A stretch of DNA of 63,182 bases, the filler included, from Kipferlia bialata (lineage: Eukaryota), in assembly GCA_003568945.1 (NCBI GenBank). It is 6 parts of 6 records of this genome, joined end to end, with 100 filler letters (N's around TTAATTAATTAA, not from the genome) between each part and the next. Parts side by side here need not be neighbours in the genome. Positions count along the whole stretch, not along the records: positions 42,200 to 52,641 come from BDIP01001424.1; positions 52,742 to 63,182 come from BDIP01001425.1; 4 more parts are not named here. One strand, given 5' to 3'. Made by a program: the position numbers and the translations under genes. Positions 50,862 to 63,182 of this stretch are shown piece by piece. How positions within the stretch are numbered: position 1 is the stretch's first letter; every line of letters starts with the position of its first letter. Under the pieces are notes generated by a model that saw nothing but the letters and a program-made list of their open reading frames with translations, was not told where the DNA came from and did no database searches.

Positions 50862-51537
50862 GGGGGTGATTCACATTGAATGGGAGTAGAAGCATTCTGT
50901 GTGTTTCCCTCCTAAGTTGTGGCTGTTTCAATAGTTTTTGTAACCATTGGCCACTGACTAAGAATAGAATTATCAATTGGAAATTTCCATTCTGGAATGA
51001 ATGGATAGTTGCATTCTACATGCAATGATGTTGATCAGTCACCATGATTGGCAGCGGATACAGCTTTTGTCCTGAAGCAGTTATAGATTGTTTGTCTGAC
51101 ACCACATCCACCGTTGGATGCTGCAATGCAGCCTGCATACTGTCATGGACTGTATCAGTTCGGCATACGAATGTGAAATTGTTGCAAAAATGAATCAACG
51201 AGGTCACTTACGAATCGTAAGTTACGATTTATCTCTGTCAATATCATTCTGACATCCTACTGTAAACGTCTACTGTCTGGTTCACACGTATATATAGTGA
51301 CACAATACCACGGATGTTGTCACAATAGATGGTATCATTGCTGTATACATAGGTAAATCAGTACCTCATGACGTTTTGTATCGTTTCTCTAGTATACAGA
51401 CTTGCACAGATATTCCACTCCACATAGCACCACACAGTCTGTGTCTAGTCAGTATAGTCCTTGGCGTTGCTCTCTGTCTACTGACACACTACATACCAGA
51501 GGAGAGACCACCACTTGTGTTCTTCAGTCATAAGGGT

Positions 51538-52641
51538 ATGTACTCTCCGTACAAGTCACACGAGGCACTGCTAGAGCACCTAGTAGACGAAGGGCTACTA
51601 AAGAGGCAAGTGTGACTGTCTGATATCGCACGAGTGTGTCACCAAGTCTGTTGGAAGTGTACACAGTAGCATAGACCATATAGTTACTTCAGATATCAGC
51701 TGTCTGACGACATCACCCTTAGTATTTCCCTTACTCTTCAGCGCTGACCTCATTGATGCCTACAGAGCTACGGACAGGGCTAGGTTCTGGTATGTTGATA
51801 TCAACTTGATACTATCGAGTGTAAATGCTGTCCCATACTCAGTGAGTAGGCTACTCACCCTGTTCCCCCACATAGAATCGTGCCATAACCTATACAAACA
51901 GAGTACATACTGTAAATTGCACACATAAATACCAAAGAGTTATGAATCTCTAAACCCTATTACGTCATATTTCCATTGCATAACTGTACATGAACATGCA
52001 TTCACTCCTCTAGAAGATTCATAACTTCCTCACCTCCAGCCTGCCCGGCATAGGTGCCCATGCCCATCATGAGAGCAATACATACAATTCATACATACAA
52101 TCCCAAAGAGATGCACTACATACACTACATATACCATATTATTACTGTATTGATATGTACTTATCTCCAGTGTGCCCGGCATAGGTGCCCATGCCTATCA
52201 TGACAGTCCCTCCCAGATAGGGCATGGGGCAACAATATCGGCACCTCACATGTATGTCATAGTACCATACTGGTACTGAATATTGTAGTTCATAATTAGA
52301 TGCAACCATATCGGCACCATATATGATAAGTACAAAACCTCTCTGAGGCTGTTGAGTGTTTCCATCTTTTGCCAGCCTTACTTCTAGGCATGCCTGGGCT
52401 GGTGAGTTACTAGGCCAGCACCTCAGGGGCAAGGAAGGGGCAAGGTTCCTAGACGTTGGGTCAGGTATCCCTACTCTGTTATAGACGATAACCGAGTTAA
52501 AGTCTCTAACTTATAGAGAATAGAGCATATTACTATTTGAGGCATCCACAATGTAGAGTCTACATTGTATACTACCGTCTTCCTCCAGGCTCTGGCTTCA
52601 TGCTAGAGTTCATGGCCCGTGCCTTCCCCGGCACAGATGTC
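51538..52641 (+). CDS. PCMT1: Protein-L-isoaspartate O-methyltransferase (PIMT), 3'-truncated
   Basis: MYSPYKSHEALLEHLVDEGLLKS|ADLIDAYRATDRARF..AYHDSPSQIGHGATISAPHM|HAWAGELL...FLDVGS|GSG. The first intron (51606-51741) is GC-AG (AG|GCAAGT). Confidence 0.92.
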
Positions 52642-52741
52642 NNNNNNNNNNNNNNNNNNNNNNNNNNNNNNNNNNNNNNNNNNNNTTAATTAATTAANNN
52701 NNNNNNNNNNNNNNNNNNNNNNNNNNNNNNNNNNNNNNNNN
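52642..52741. other. Artificial scaffold linker
   Basis: TTAATTAATTAA at 52686-52697. Confidence 0.97.
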
Positions 52742-53148
52742 TGGTTGGTTTTTTTCCCCCCCCCCCCCCCCTCCCTTCTCTCTCTCTCTCTCTCTCTCCT
52801 TTTCTCCCCCTCGGTCTCTCTCCCCCTCTGTCTTTCTTTCTCTCCCTCCCTCCCTCTGTCTTACCACTTCGGATATACCTCTTCTCATCTATTACTCTCC
52901 CCCTCTTTTCTCGCCGTTGGGTACTCTCTCCTTATGAAAGCTTCTGGCTGTCCCTCCCTCCTCATATGCATACATCATGTATATACTCTCTCTCTCTCTC
53001 TCTATTTGTGTGTCTATCTCTCTCTGACCATAGTCTTGATGACGATTGCCTGGGCTGGGCTGTCCCCCCCACCACCTTTGCATACATCCTGTACATATAT
53101 ATCTCTCTCTCTATCTATTCTTCTTGTGTATATATGTTCTAACCTTAG

Positions 53149-54267
53149 CCTTGATGACGACTGCCTGGGCTGGGCTGTCCCCCCCACCACCTTTGCATAC
53201 ATCCTGTGCTTCAGACTGGATAGGGAGAAGGAGAAGCTAGAGAGGGAGAAGGGGGAGGCCCCTGAGTCTGTGTCTGTTCCAGAGAAGGTGAATACATCTA
53301 TGTACTGTACTCTTATTATTGTTTTGTGAGTGAATATAGAGTACTGTGCTTCAGACTGGACAGAGAGATGGAGAGGGTGGAGAGAGAGAGGGGGAGGGTG
53401 GGAGCAGGCTGCTCCAGTGGGAGTGTCAGGGAAGGTAGGGGTAAACACAGTTATCTATATATTCATACACAGAGATTAATATATTCATATGCGTATGTAC
53501 GTTCCTCTGCTCACCCTAGGTCTGGTTCACCAAGCAGACTGTGCCCAATCCCTGTATCTATATGAATACTCACACACACACATATATATATTTAGGCACT
53601 TATACATGTATATATGTAGTTAAACTCTACTAACACAAGGTCTGGTTCACCAAGCAGACTGTGGAAACAAACAAACATATATATATATATATATGTATAT
53701 ATGTACGTTCGCCTCCTTTCCTCAGGTCTGGTTCACCAAGCAGACTGTGCCCAATGCATGTATGTATATGTATACTCAGACACACATATATATATTTAGA
53801 TACTTATACATGTACATATGTCGATATACCCTCCTTACCTCAGGTCTGGTTCACCAGACAGACTGTGCCCAATGCATGCTGCACAGTGGCCATACTGCAC
53901 AGCATATTCAACAGCGGGTATTTTTCCTATCCATCTATCTATGAGCATATTCAAGAGTAGGTATACATAATGACTCATTAGCATATATATATATATATTC
54001 ATATATATATGTTCTCAGACTGTGCCCAATGCATGCTGCACAGTGGCCATACTGCACAGCATATACAACAGTAGGTATTATACACTATTAGTATATAGGA
54101 GAACTGCCTATATATGCAGAAGTCAATAATTTGTGTAAAATGTGTATAGAATACTTTCATATATATATGTTATCAGACTGTGCCCAATGCATGCTGCACA
54201 GTGGCCATCTTACACAGTATATATAACAGCGGGTATGTATACTAATACTATGCTATTTGTATATTAG

Positions 54268-54299
<32 letters not shown>

Positions 54300-56484
54300 G
54301 ATATCTACTTGTGCCTAATGCATGCTGCACAGTGGCCATCTTACACAGTATATATAACAGCGGGTATATATACTAATACTATACTATTAGTATATATAGA
54401 CTGTAGTATATAGTGTAGTTTACATTTATTCACTCCGATGCATGCTGCACAGTGGCCATACTGCACAGCATCATGAACAGCAGGTATGGAATCTGAGAGA
54501 TGCGGATACATGCCTGATGTAGCATATGTATATACACACTCCTGGTGCACATCATATATGTTTAATTACTATAATTATTGTATGCATAATTAGTATAAAA
54601 CAGAAGGCCTGTGTCAGCCAGTGTATGCATGTATGTCTCTCCAAGGTATCAGTCATACAGTTCCTTACCCCACAGTGTGTGCATGACCTGTATATTTCCT
54701 TTACATATGTATACACATTCCATTCTATATTTTTCTTAGTTTGTGGCTCTTACCACGCAGTGTCTCCCTGGCCCCTGACTCCCCCCTTGCCCTGTTTGCA
54801 CAGACCACAAAGGACATGAGTGCTGAGGTAGGGGTATTTGTGTACTCATATTGTATCTGACAGTATTCCATATGTTCATAATTTCATGGCTCTGTTTGCA
54901 CAGCCACAAAGGTAATGACCCGGAGGTATACGAGTATTGACATAGTTACAGTGTAAAGTTGTTGGAAGGAGTCAATATATATCTGAGGTTAAGAGTTCTT
55001 ACATTTGTCCTATTGTCTAAAGTACTATTATATATATGTGTATATACTACATATCTAACTGCAGGACAGTGCACCTCCCTTCACTCTTTTACAGACATTG
55101 CAGAGTATATATGTGTATACTAATATATATATATATATACGTATAGTATTCAAATATGTGGCTAACACTATAGGACAGAGCCGCTGCCCTGCACTCTGCC
55201 ACAGACATTGCAGAGTNNAACACTATAGGACAGAGCCGCTGCCCTGCACTCTGCCACAGACATTGCAGAGTATATATGTGTATACACATATAAGTATATA
55301 TATACACACATATATATATACAGAGTGAGAGCGATAGTATATATCTTACATCAGGATAGAGCCGCTGCCCTGCACTCTGCCACAGACATTGCAGATATTA
55401 TATGTGTACACGTATAAGTATATTATAATAATTGTATACAGAGTGAGAGGGATAGTATATATCTAACAACAGGATAGAGCTGCTGCCCTGCACTCTGCCA
55501 CAGACATTGCAGAGCTGCACAAGGAGTTTGGCCAGGTACCTGATATGAATGTAAAGTGTTCCTACTTCTGGAACTGCATGAATACTGGTAACGTCACCTA
55601 TATATTGTTCATATATATAACTACATGGATATTGATAACGTCTCCTATGTGTTCTATATATACAATGTATACTCCCACCCCCAGCTTGGTGCGACCGGTG
55701 TCCCAGGCACAGGGGAGGACATAGGTACACATAGACCTCCACTATCACTTTCATTTTACCTGACACTGAATCAATAGTTGATACATATATATATATATAT
55801 ACATTGTATGGTGTTGTCTCTGATGTCTAGATCTACACTACGCTGCCATTGTGCATGTGACCCATGCTCTAACCATGTAGTGAATTATACCAAGATACCA
55901 TTATTCAATATGGTGCTGTTTATACATATATCTGGTCTCTCTCACACCATATCTGCACTATGCTGCCATTGTGCCTGTGACCCAGGAGAGTGAGGGGGCA
56001 CTGGTGGTGGGGCTGGACGGAAGGTTAGTTTCATTCATATCACAATTCCCAACATACTCTAGTATACCACCTCCCCTGAATAACCGGCCCACGGTCTATC
56101 CCGAGGGAGATTCTTGGTTATCACCATACTAGCTTGTGACAACTATATGTTTTCTTCCCTTTTAGCTTTGTGTCTTAGCATAGACAGCCCTCCCCCTCTG
56201 TCCACGGGCCATTCCCCGAGGGATTCGTGGTGGCAGGGGCAAAGGTACAGTATATTCACATATGTATGTAATAGCTCTGTATATCCTCCGGTCCCTCATA
56301 GCCAAGGGTGACCAGAACTTACTCTCTTCATTATGTAGTCTGCAATGATTATCATTCTTACAAGTAGGCTGCATTAATATGTTTCTGTTGTAACCATGGC
56401 TCTAATAACTAGGTCCTCCGGTCCCTCATAGCCAAGGGTGACCAGAACTCTCCATTCTCAGTGGTGGCACTCAGCACAGTCTAA
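53149..56484 (+). CDS. Ubiquitin C-terminal hydrolase (peptidase C12, UCH-L3-like), 5'-truncated
   Basis: LDDDCLGWAVPPTTFAYILCF; VWFTRQTVPNACCTVAILHS (catalytic Gln/Cys); DRAAALH..ELHKEFGQ; DLHYAAIV...LDGR (His/Asp); FSVVALSTV* (TAA 56482-56484). Confidence 0.92.
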
Positions 56485-56647
56485 GTGTACATAGATCTAT
56501 TAGATAGATGGACAGGAATATACTCTGTTGAGAGATGGTTACTCTTGGTACCAATCGACTACATGTGTCCAAGAAACTCCTTCTGAAGGAGTAACACTAG
56601 GATATTCAATTGAATTACACCTCTGACACTTCCATATGGAACCTTCA

Positions 56648-59010
56648 TTATGTGTGTCCAACAAACTCCCTCTGCAGAAGTGGCACCCTGTCTAGATTCA
56701 GATAAGGACATCCACTGAAAGCAAATACTCCAAGGGCCTCAAGAAGTACCTCGAACAGCTCGGTTACACTGTACACTGGGTATGAGAGTGACGGGGCATC
56801 TGACCTCACCTGTGCACTGAGGGCTAGACACACTCGGTGGTCACACCTCGGGTAGAGTGCTGGAATATACCTGAAGGTTAGACCATAGGAGTAATAGTGT
56901 CTTGTCAGTTTTTATGTTTCCGTAACACATATCCAAAGTACCTGTCAGGGCCGAGAGATAGATAAGTCCTGACGATTGGCAGACATGCGTTGAGGAGACC
57001 GTATGTAGATGTATCCTCCTCTGTCACTGTGTAGCCCTCCTCACAAGGCTCCACACCCTGTAGTAGCATTGCCAGCGCCACTAATATATATGGTGCGATC
57101 ACCCCCTCTATCACCTCTCTGGTGACTATGGAGAGCAGCATAGTGCGCTGCAAGTCAAACGGTGACAGTGTATGTAGTGCCTCACAGTCCTCTGAAGCAA
57201 GGGCAGCTAGGGCAATAAACCTGTCCCGCTCAGTGGTGTTCATATCCCCATCCGCTGGATACACGTCACAGAATGTGGGTAGGAGTGTCTGAACTAGAGT
57301 ACCATCTAATGAGAGAGTGCCACATGTGCCAGTCAGTGCTGTTGGTATGGAGTAGGGCTGGGAGCAGGAGTAGGAGGATATCGTGAATCTTGGTGCAGCT
57401 AGTGTCTCATCGTAACAAAGGGCGAGGTTCCCTAGGTTGGTCAGAAACCTGGAATCAGTAACAAACATGAAGGTATATACGTAAAATTCCTGGAGCTGCA
57501 AAACTAGAGACGATAAATACGTCAAGACAATACTGGCAATTAGTGACGTAGAAAATGTCACGTAGTGTTTGTTGCATTGTTGGCTTCCCTCATTCCTTAC
57601 ATTCTACAAGACGTATTAACAATATCCACCTTCTGTTCACTGCCTTGCATGGTGAGTTGTCACCCTCGCACTCTAATCCCGGCTCATCGTGGGCTATACC
57701 CTGGGCCACAATGTCTGCAAAGGTGTTGGCGATACGGTCTGGGATGAGGGAGCATATACAACACAGAGTAGAATGGTAAAGTGTACAGAAACACCTTTCA
57801 AACGCACATTATACTTATATATATAGAGAGACAGAGAGTGTGTATACTTATATATACTGATCAATGCTACCTTGTTTTAGCATATCTAGGAACCTCTCTG
57901 GCAGTGGTTGTCTGCTCACACAGTGGGTGTACACTCTGTCGTCTGGTATGGCTGGGACACACCTTTGTTCCTAGGAGGTTAGGACTAGAAACATTCAAGT
58001 TGTAATGTTAAAGAGGACTCAATTGTTACCATAAACTAGAGAGTGTATTGAGTAGTCTCATAATCATTAGCAAGGTGGACCTGCTTGAAGTACTTGAGCA
58101 GCGGTTGCACTTCTACTACTGCTAGAAGTACTAGATTGCAGAAATATAGTACTATATATGTACCTGCTTGAAGGACTTGAGCAGTGTCTGTACCTCTGCA
58201 CTGGCACAGTCAGTGACGGGTATGGTGGCTGAGACACCCACTGATGATAGGGAGACAAGTGTCTCCCAGAGGTCAAAGACCCAGATGAGGGTGGTGGGGA
58301 CCTGCTAATCAAAATCAGTTATATATAGACCAGTACACGAGGATACCAATACACTACAATGAGGGTGGCGGGGACCTATCATAGGCATTTCTACACTTGC
58401 ACATCAAGAAATATACATGCAGCCCATAATAATATGTACATATATACATATACACGCATATGTGTTTTCACACCTTGCACATGTCTGTGTCGTTGGTGAG
58501 TATGGCTACAGAGGGGTCCTTGAGAGCAAGGTTAGTCAGGATGTCGTCGACCTAGCGGGAGAGACAGAGACTGACATGACAATGAACATATACTGATGCT
58601 TACACAAATACTGGTCCTGAAGGTCAGTCAGGATGTCGTCGACCTTGGGGGTAGAGAGTGAGAGATATTTGGAAGGATATTCTGTGAGGAGGAGAAGATG
58701 GGGTCGACCTGGCACCTTGGAGGGAGATGTTATTGTGAGAGTAATTGGGGGGGGGGGTCGACCTGGAATGAAAGAGAGAGAGTAGCGATCCAATCTTTGT
58801 CTTATGGAGGTTCTGTTTGTATTGCTGTTATACAGGGGGGGGGGGGGGGGGGGGGGGGGAATGAGGGGGGATGAGATCAAATTCCAGAGACACCCAGCCT
58901 AATGCACCAGTAATCTGAGGAGGATGTGCTTGATTACTGTGAGCACATACCCTGGTCAGGAAGTCATTGTACTCCGCATTGAACTGGCTGCGGGTGCTCA
59001 GATCACGCAT
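56648..59010 (-). CDS. Hypothetical protein, about 7 exons
   Basis: MRDLSTRSQFNAEYNDFLTR / VDDILTNLALKDP..MCK / VPTTLIWVFDLWE..FKQ / EQRCVPAIP.. / DRIANTFAD.. / long exon from ORF 56905-57561 / ..QREFVGHT*. Confidence 0.6.
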
Positions 59011-59391
59011 CTCTCAGAAGTGGGTCTCTCTCACTGCTAGAGTGATTCCTCTATCCAGAGCAACTAAGCGGTCGAACGGCCACAATATTACTATGCCCTC
59101 CTGTCAAAGGACCAGTGTCGTCCTGCAAGTCACCAACAACAGCTAGTGGACGGCACAAACACGCTCACTAGTGAGGGTGACAGTGTCACTGACACTCAGA
59201 TATCTCCAACCGAAATCGAGCAAAAACGTCAAAAGGGGCTAGGAGCAGATCCAAGAAATAGCGACTCTCCACACGGCGTCGTAACAAGAGGCTACTAGTC
59301 CCGTACTCCCCCTCTTGACATCAGCGGGGACGCCTAGAGGCAGTCAAAAACCTGGAGTTTGGCCTGCTTCCCTTGTGGGAGACCTAGCAAT

Positions 59392-60895
59392 ATGGGTGAC
59401 TCTCTGACCAACTTCCTGTTTGCCCCCCTGGTGGAGAGGCAGAGGCTGGCCAGGTGAGGGAGACACACTCTTACGGCAGTGGACAGCTCATATACATACT
59501 TCATAATAGTCTCCAGACAGAGGCTGGCCAGGTGGGATTGGGAGATATGTACTCTGACGATAGTGGGGGCACTCATATAGACTTCATACCCCCCCCCCCC
59601 CCCTTGCTCTCTTCATTAGTGATACTATTCTTATCTCCAGAGAGACCAAGGCCCGAACCAATCAATCACACAATCCCCCCTATCTCTATTCATATCCTCA
59701 TCTCCAGAGAGACCAAGGCCCGTGCCAAGCAGTCCAAGGGCAGGGGCCGCAGAGAGGTAGAGACCGAGGCAGAGAGTGAGATACGGGAGGCTGCGGCCAA
59801 GTTGAGACGGCAGGCTGCCAGTAAGGGGCTCACCCATGGGAGGGGTACTACTCACAGGGACAGGGATAGGGACAGGGGGCACAAGAAGGTGTGACTGCCC
59901 TATCAGAGGGGTACTTGATTGTCTCTCTCTACTCTCCCCTCACACTCAGGCCAAGACCCTGCCTCCCCCTGTGAAACCTGCCTATGACCCGATGGCCATA
60001 TTCTCACAGGACAAGGTACCCTATGAATACTCCCTCCATCAATCTTACACACTCTACTACTCCACTATCGCTGTCTCTTCTGAAAGGACATGAACTCTAC
60101 TACACTCTACTACTACACTGTTTGTATACAGAGTATGTTGCGCTGTTCAATCGACATTGTCCCTTCCTCCCTCTCACCCCAGGAGTCCCGGCGAAGTGAT
60201 CTCACCTCCAATCGTACCTTCTCGACCTCCAAGCACTCAGGTCAGTCACAGTGAATGTGTGCCATCCACTACAGTGTTATATGTCCCTGTATCTTACTTA
60301 ACGCTGATACCTAGGGCTTGATGCTGCCAGGAAGCAGTATCTGGAGGACAAGAAGAAGGCAGAGGAGAAAGAGAAGAGGAGAGAGAGGGAGAGAGAGAGA
60401 AGGAGGGCCGAGAGGAAGGCAGTCTCTTCAAAGGGTGCATCTGCACAACATACAGTTAGGGATAGGAAGAGAGAGATGGAGATGGAGAGGCCGGTGGCAG
60501 CCAAGCCGAGACGGGAGACTGAGAGAGAGAGACAGGCCAGACTGACAGCCAAGAGAGAGGGCAGGAGGCCACCATCAAGGGAGAGAGAGAGAGGGAGAGG
60601 GGGAGAGAGAGATGAGGATGATGAGCCAAGTGAGGCCATGGAGAGTGGGTATCTGGCCATGATGGAGGAGGAGGAGAGGGCAGGTATGTGGATGTTTGTA
60701 TATGTATAAGCAATCTATACACACACACAATATACCCTGTATATTTTGCCGTCTTTTGTGATTAATACCTTCTCACACCCAGGTGAGCTTGCCGAGGCTA
60801 CTGAGAGACGTCTGGCCAGGGAAGAGAGGGAGAGAGAGAGGGAGATCAGAAGGAGAAGGAAGGCAAAGCGAGAGAGGGAGGCGGCCAGACAGTGA
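59392..60895 (+). CDS. SPT2-like chromatin protein (charged, low complexity), 6 exons
   Basis: MGDSLTNFLFAPLVERQRLAR... with C-terminus DEDDEPSEAMESGYLAMMEEEERAGELAEATERRLAREE..RRRRK, resembling the SPT2 motif (DDDMEA..I..EE.RS..A..ED). Stop at 60893-60895. Confidence 0.5.
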
Positions 60896-61120
60896 TCATA
60901 TGCTGAGCACCTCCCAGATATATCGAGGTCCTTTCACTATTCTTTCTACAGAGATCAAGTCTTCTTTGCACCTTCAATACTACCCAAATAGATTCGCGTC
61001 CCTTTGAAGAGTGCGTAGAGTAACTGTGTTTAGTATCAACCCTATCCGGAGATCTATTTGGCATTCACATGTACTAAGTGCAAATACATGTAAAGCTGTG
61101 TTCCCATACAAAACCTCTCT

Positions 61121-63077
61121 TCACATGTCCTCTGGCTCCTTGTCTGTCTCGAGGGGTGTGTCAGATATGGCCATACAGTCCCTACACATTAGGGGCTAGA
61201 GAGAGAGAGAGAGAGACAGTGAGGGAGAGAATATGGCCATAGAGTCCAAACAAGTAAGGGGCTAGAGAGAGAGAGAGAAAGAGAGAGAGAGTCCCACCTT
61301 GTGACTGGCATAGGGGACACCTCCTCCAGGGCTGACTCCTCAGGGGACATGGCCCAGGCAGAGACAGGGCTGGGGGTGGGTCATCTATCTATACATCCAT
61401 ATCTTGATGTACATCCATCGATATACGTATATACAAGAGACATGGCCCAGGCAGAGACAGGGCTGGATATCAGGCATGAGAGAGATATATACACAAAGGC
61501 AGAGACAGGGCTGGGGGAGGGACATATTATGTGACAATGTGGATATGTGTATCTATATATATATATATAGACAGTGGACATGGACCAGGCAGAGACAGGG
61601 CTGGGGTATGCATATATATACATATATGCATATTTATAATGGGAAGAAAGAGCTATACCCCATTGTCACACACCTAGCAGGTGTTGACTCCACCCTGTGC
61701 TCTCTAGCAGGGATATACCATTAGAGTATGTGGATATATCTATCTATATATAGTGGGATATATATACATATATACCCCATTGTCACATACCTAGCTGGTG
61801 TTGACTCCACCCTGTGCTCTCTAGCAGGGGTATACCATTAGAGTATGTTGATATATCTATCTATATATAGTGGGATATATACATACATACCGCCTGTCCC
61901 CATACCTAGCTGGTGTTGACTCCACCCTGTGCTCTCTGGTGCGGAAGGTGGTCATAAGGATACGGACAGCAGCCACAGACGAGCTGGGGTTATTCATTTT
62001 AGAAGAGTAAGTGAATAGGGATATACATATAGGTCCAGGGACAAGAGCGAACTGCACCAACAATGGGAAACACAGTGAATTAACACAGATCTCGTACAAT
62101 ATCCACACACATATATATACATGGATCTATATACATAGTACCTGAGGCACAGGGCGCCCATCAGGTTGGACACGGCCAGGACATCCTGGCACCTGGCACC
62201 AGAGTGACTGGAGGGTGAGAGGGTAGATGCATAATAATACCAAGGTGATACCCAGTGTGACTTGAGGAAAGAGGTGTACCTACTCTACCTCGTCCCTGGA
62301 TACCCCATATATCTTGACTGTACCACATATATGTGGGATAGCAGTACCTTATCCCTGTGAAGAGGAGGCCAGCCAGGAAGGGGAATACAGGCTCGGCGAA
62401 GAAGAGACCCGTGAATACAGCCAGGCCGAATAGTGCGTATAGGATGCCTGGAGGGTAGAGACGGGAGAATAGGACCGAGGACACCACACATGGAGGGATA
62501 TATGCCATGATGGTGTGTATACCTGTCAGGAGTGAGCATATGGGCATGAGTCTCTGCAGTGGCAGCCATGTGACAAAGGAGGAGAGGGGTCCCAAGAGAG
62601 TGGGAACAGAGCTGGGGTGAGGGGAAACAAATAACTTAAGCCGGGTGGAGGTATAGAATTATTGATGGACAATTATATAATAGGCAAGTGTATTAAGCCG
62701 GGTGGGAAGAATAGGACTAAAATGTACCTCGCAACGATTATCCCAATCAGGGTGCGGGATATGAGGGTGTTCTGCATATCGGAGAGCGGGCCTAGGGTCA
62801 GACAGAGAGAGAGAGAGAGATAGAGAAAGAGTAGGGGATCGACCACAACACACGCACCCTTCTTGAATGACAGCTGCGTGTATGCAAACCCGGCACAGGA
62901 TACACCTGGAGGGTGAGAACAGGAGAGAGGAGAGTGATACACCTGAATAACATGGAGAGAGACATGCCCCACCTATGTACGAGCATACCAGACAGACCAT
63001 GGGGTGCCCTGCCTCGTAGGCCTTGAGGGAGCATAGGTGAAGAACATGGCTGGTATAAGAGGGGGAGAGAGAGTAGA

Positions 63078-63108
<31 letters not shown>

Positions 63109-63120
63109 TGCAGGACATGG
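61121..63120 (-). CDS. Hypothetical multi-pass membrane protein, 5'-truncated
   Basis: In-frame exons GVSCAGFAYTQLSFKK / GPLSDMQNTLISRTLIGIIVAR / ..GILYALFGLAVFTGLFFAEPVFPFLAGLLFTGIR / ..REHRVESTPAR / ..DKEPEDM*. Confidence 0.55.
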
Positions 63121-63131
63121 CTGGGGTAAGA

Positions 63132-63182
<51 letters not shown>

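Noticed and set aside
51207..51229. Overlapping short palindromes CTTACGAATCGTAAGTTACGATT upstream of PIMT
   Set aside because: This is a single short occurrence that cannot be distinguished from chance.
10454..52741. TTAATTAATTAA recurring every ~10.55 kb
   Set aside because: It is an artificial six-frame-stop linker between size-sorted scaffolds (10453, 10452, 10450, 10444, 10442, 10441 bp). It is not biological, and no synteny can be inferred across it.

Overview
Eukaryotic, very intron-rich protist DNA. The style (tiny exons, (TA)n/(GA)n-rich introns, branch point fused to the 3' splice site) suggests a free-living fornicate/metamonad such as Kipferlia bialata; this is inference only. 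The window is not one locus. It is six unrelated ~10.44-10.45 kb scaffolds in descending size order, joined by artificial N44-TTAATTAATTAA-N44 linkers. Manual exon stitching gives: Spt6-like factor, hypothetical protein and FAM135-like protein (scaffold 1); divergent Rab, CSTPP1/C11orf49-like protein, membrane protein, profilin and WRN-type 3'-5' exonuclease (2); an ABCA transporter (3); a giant Ig-repeat/REJ/GPS polycystin-1-like receptor (4); an FG-GAP/Ig integrin-alpha-like surface protein and PIMT (5); UCH deubiquitinase, hypothetical protein, SPT2-like protein and a membrane protein (6). The most striking feature is intron architecture. Many introns carry ordered arrays of 'half-exon echoes': copies of the upstream exon's 3' end plus donor, followed by copies of acceptor plus the downstream exon's 5' start. 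These copies differ from the real exon almost only at synonymous positions. Young identical echoes flank a small palindromic (CAGTAT)n...(ATACTG)n insert that supplies branch/acceptor signals and looks like an intron-generating element. Gene boundaries are hand-derived and approximate, and family calls come from recalled motifs, not searches.
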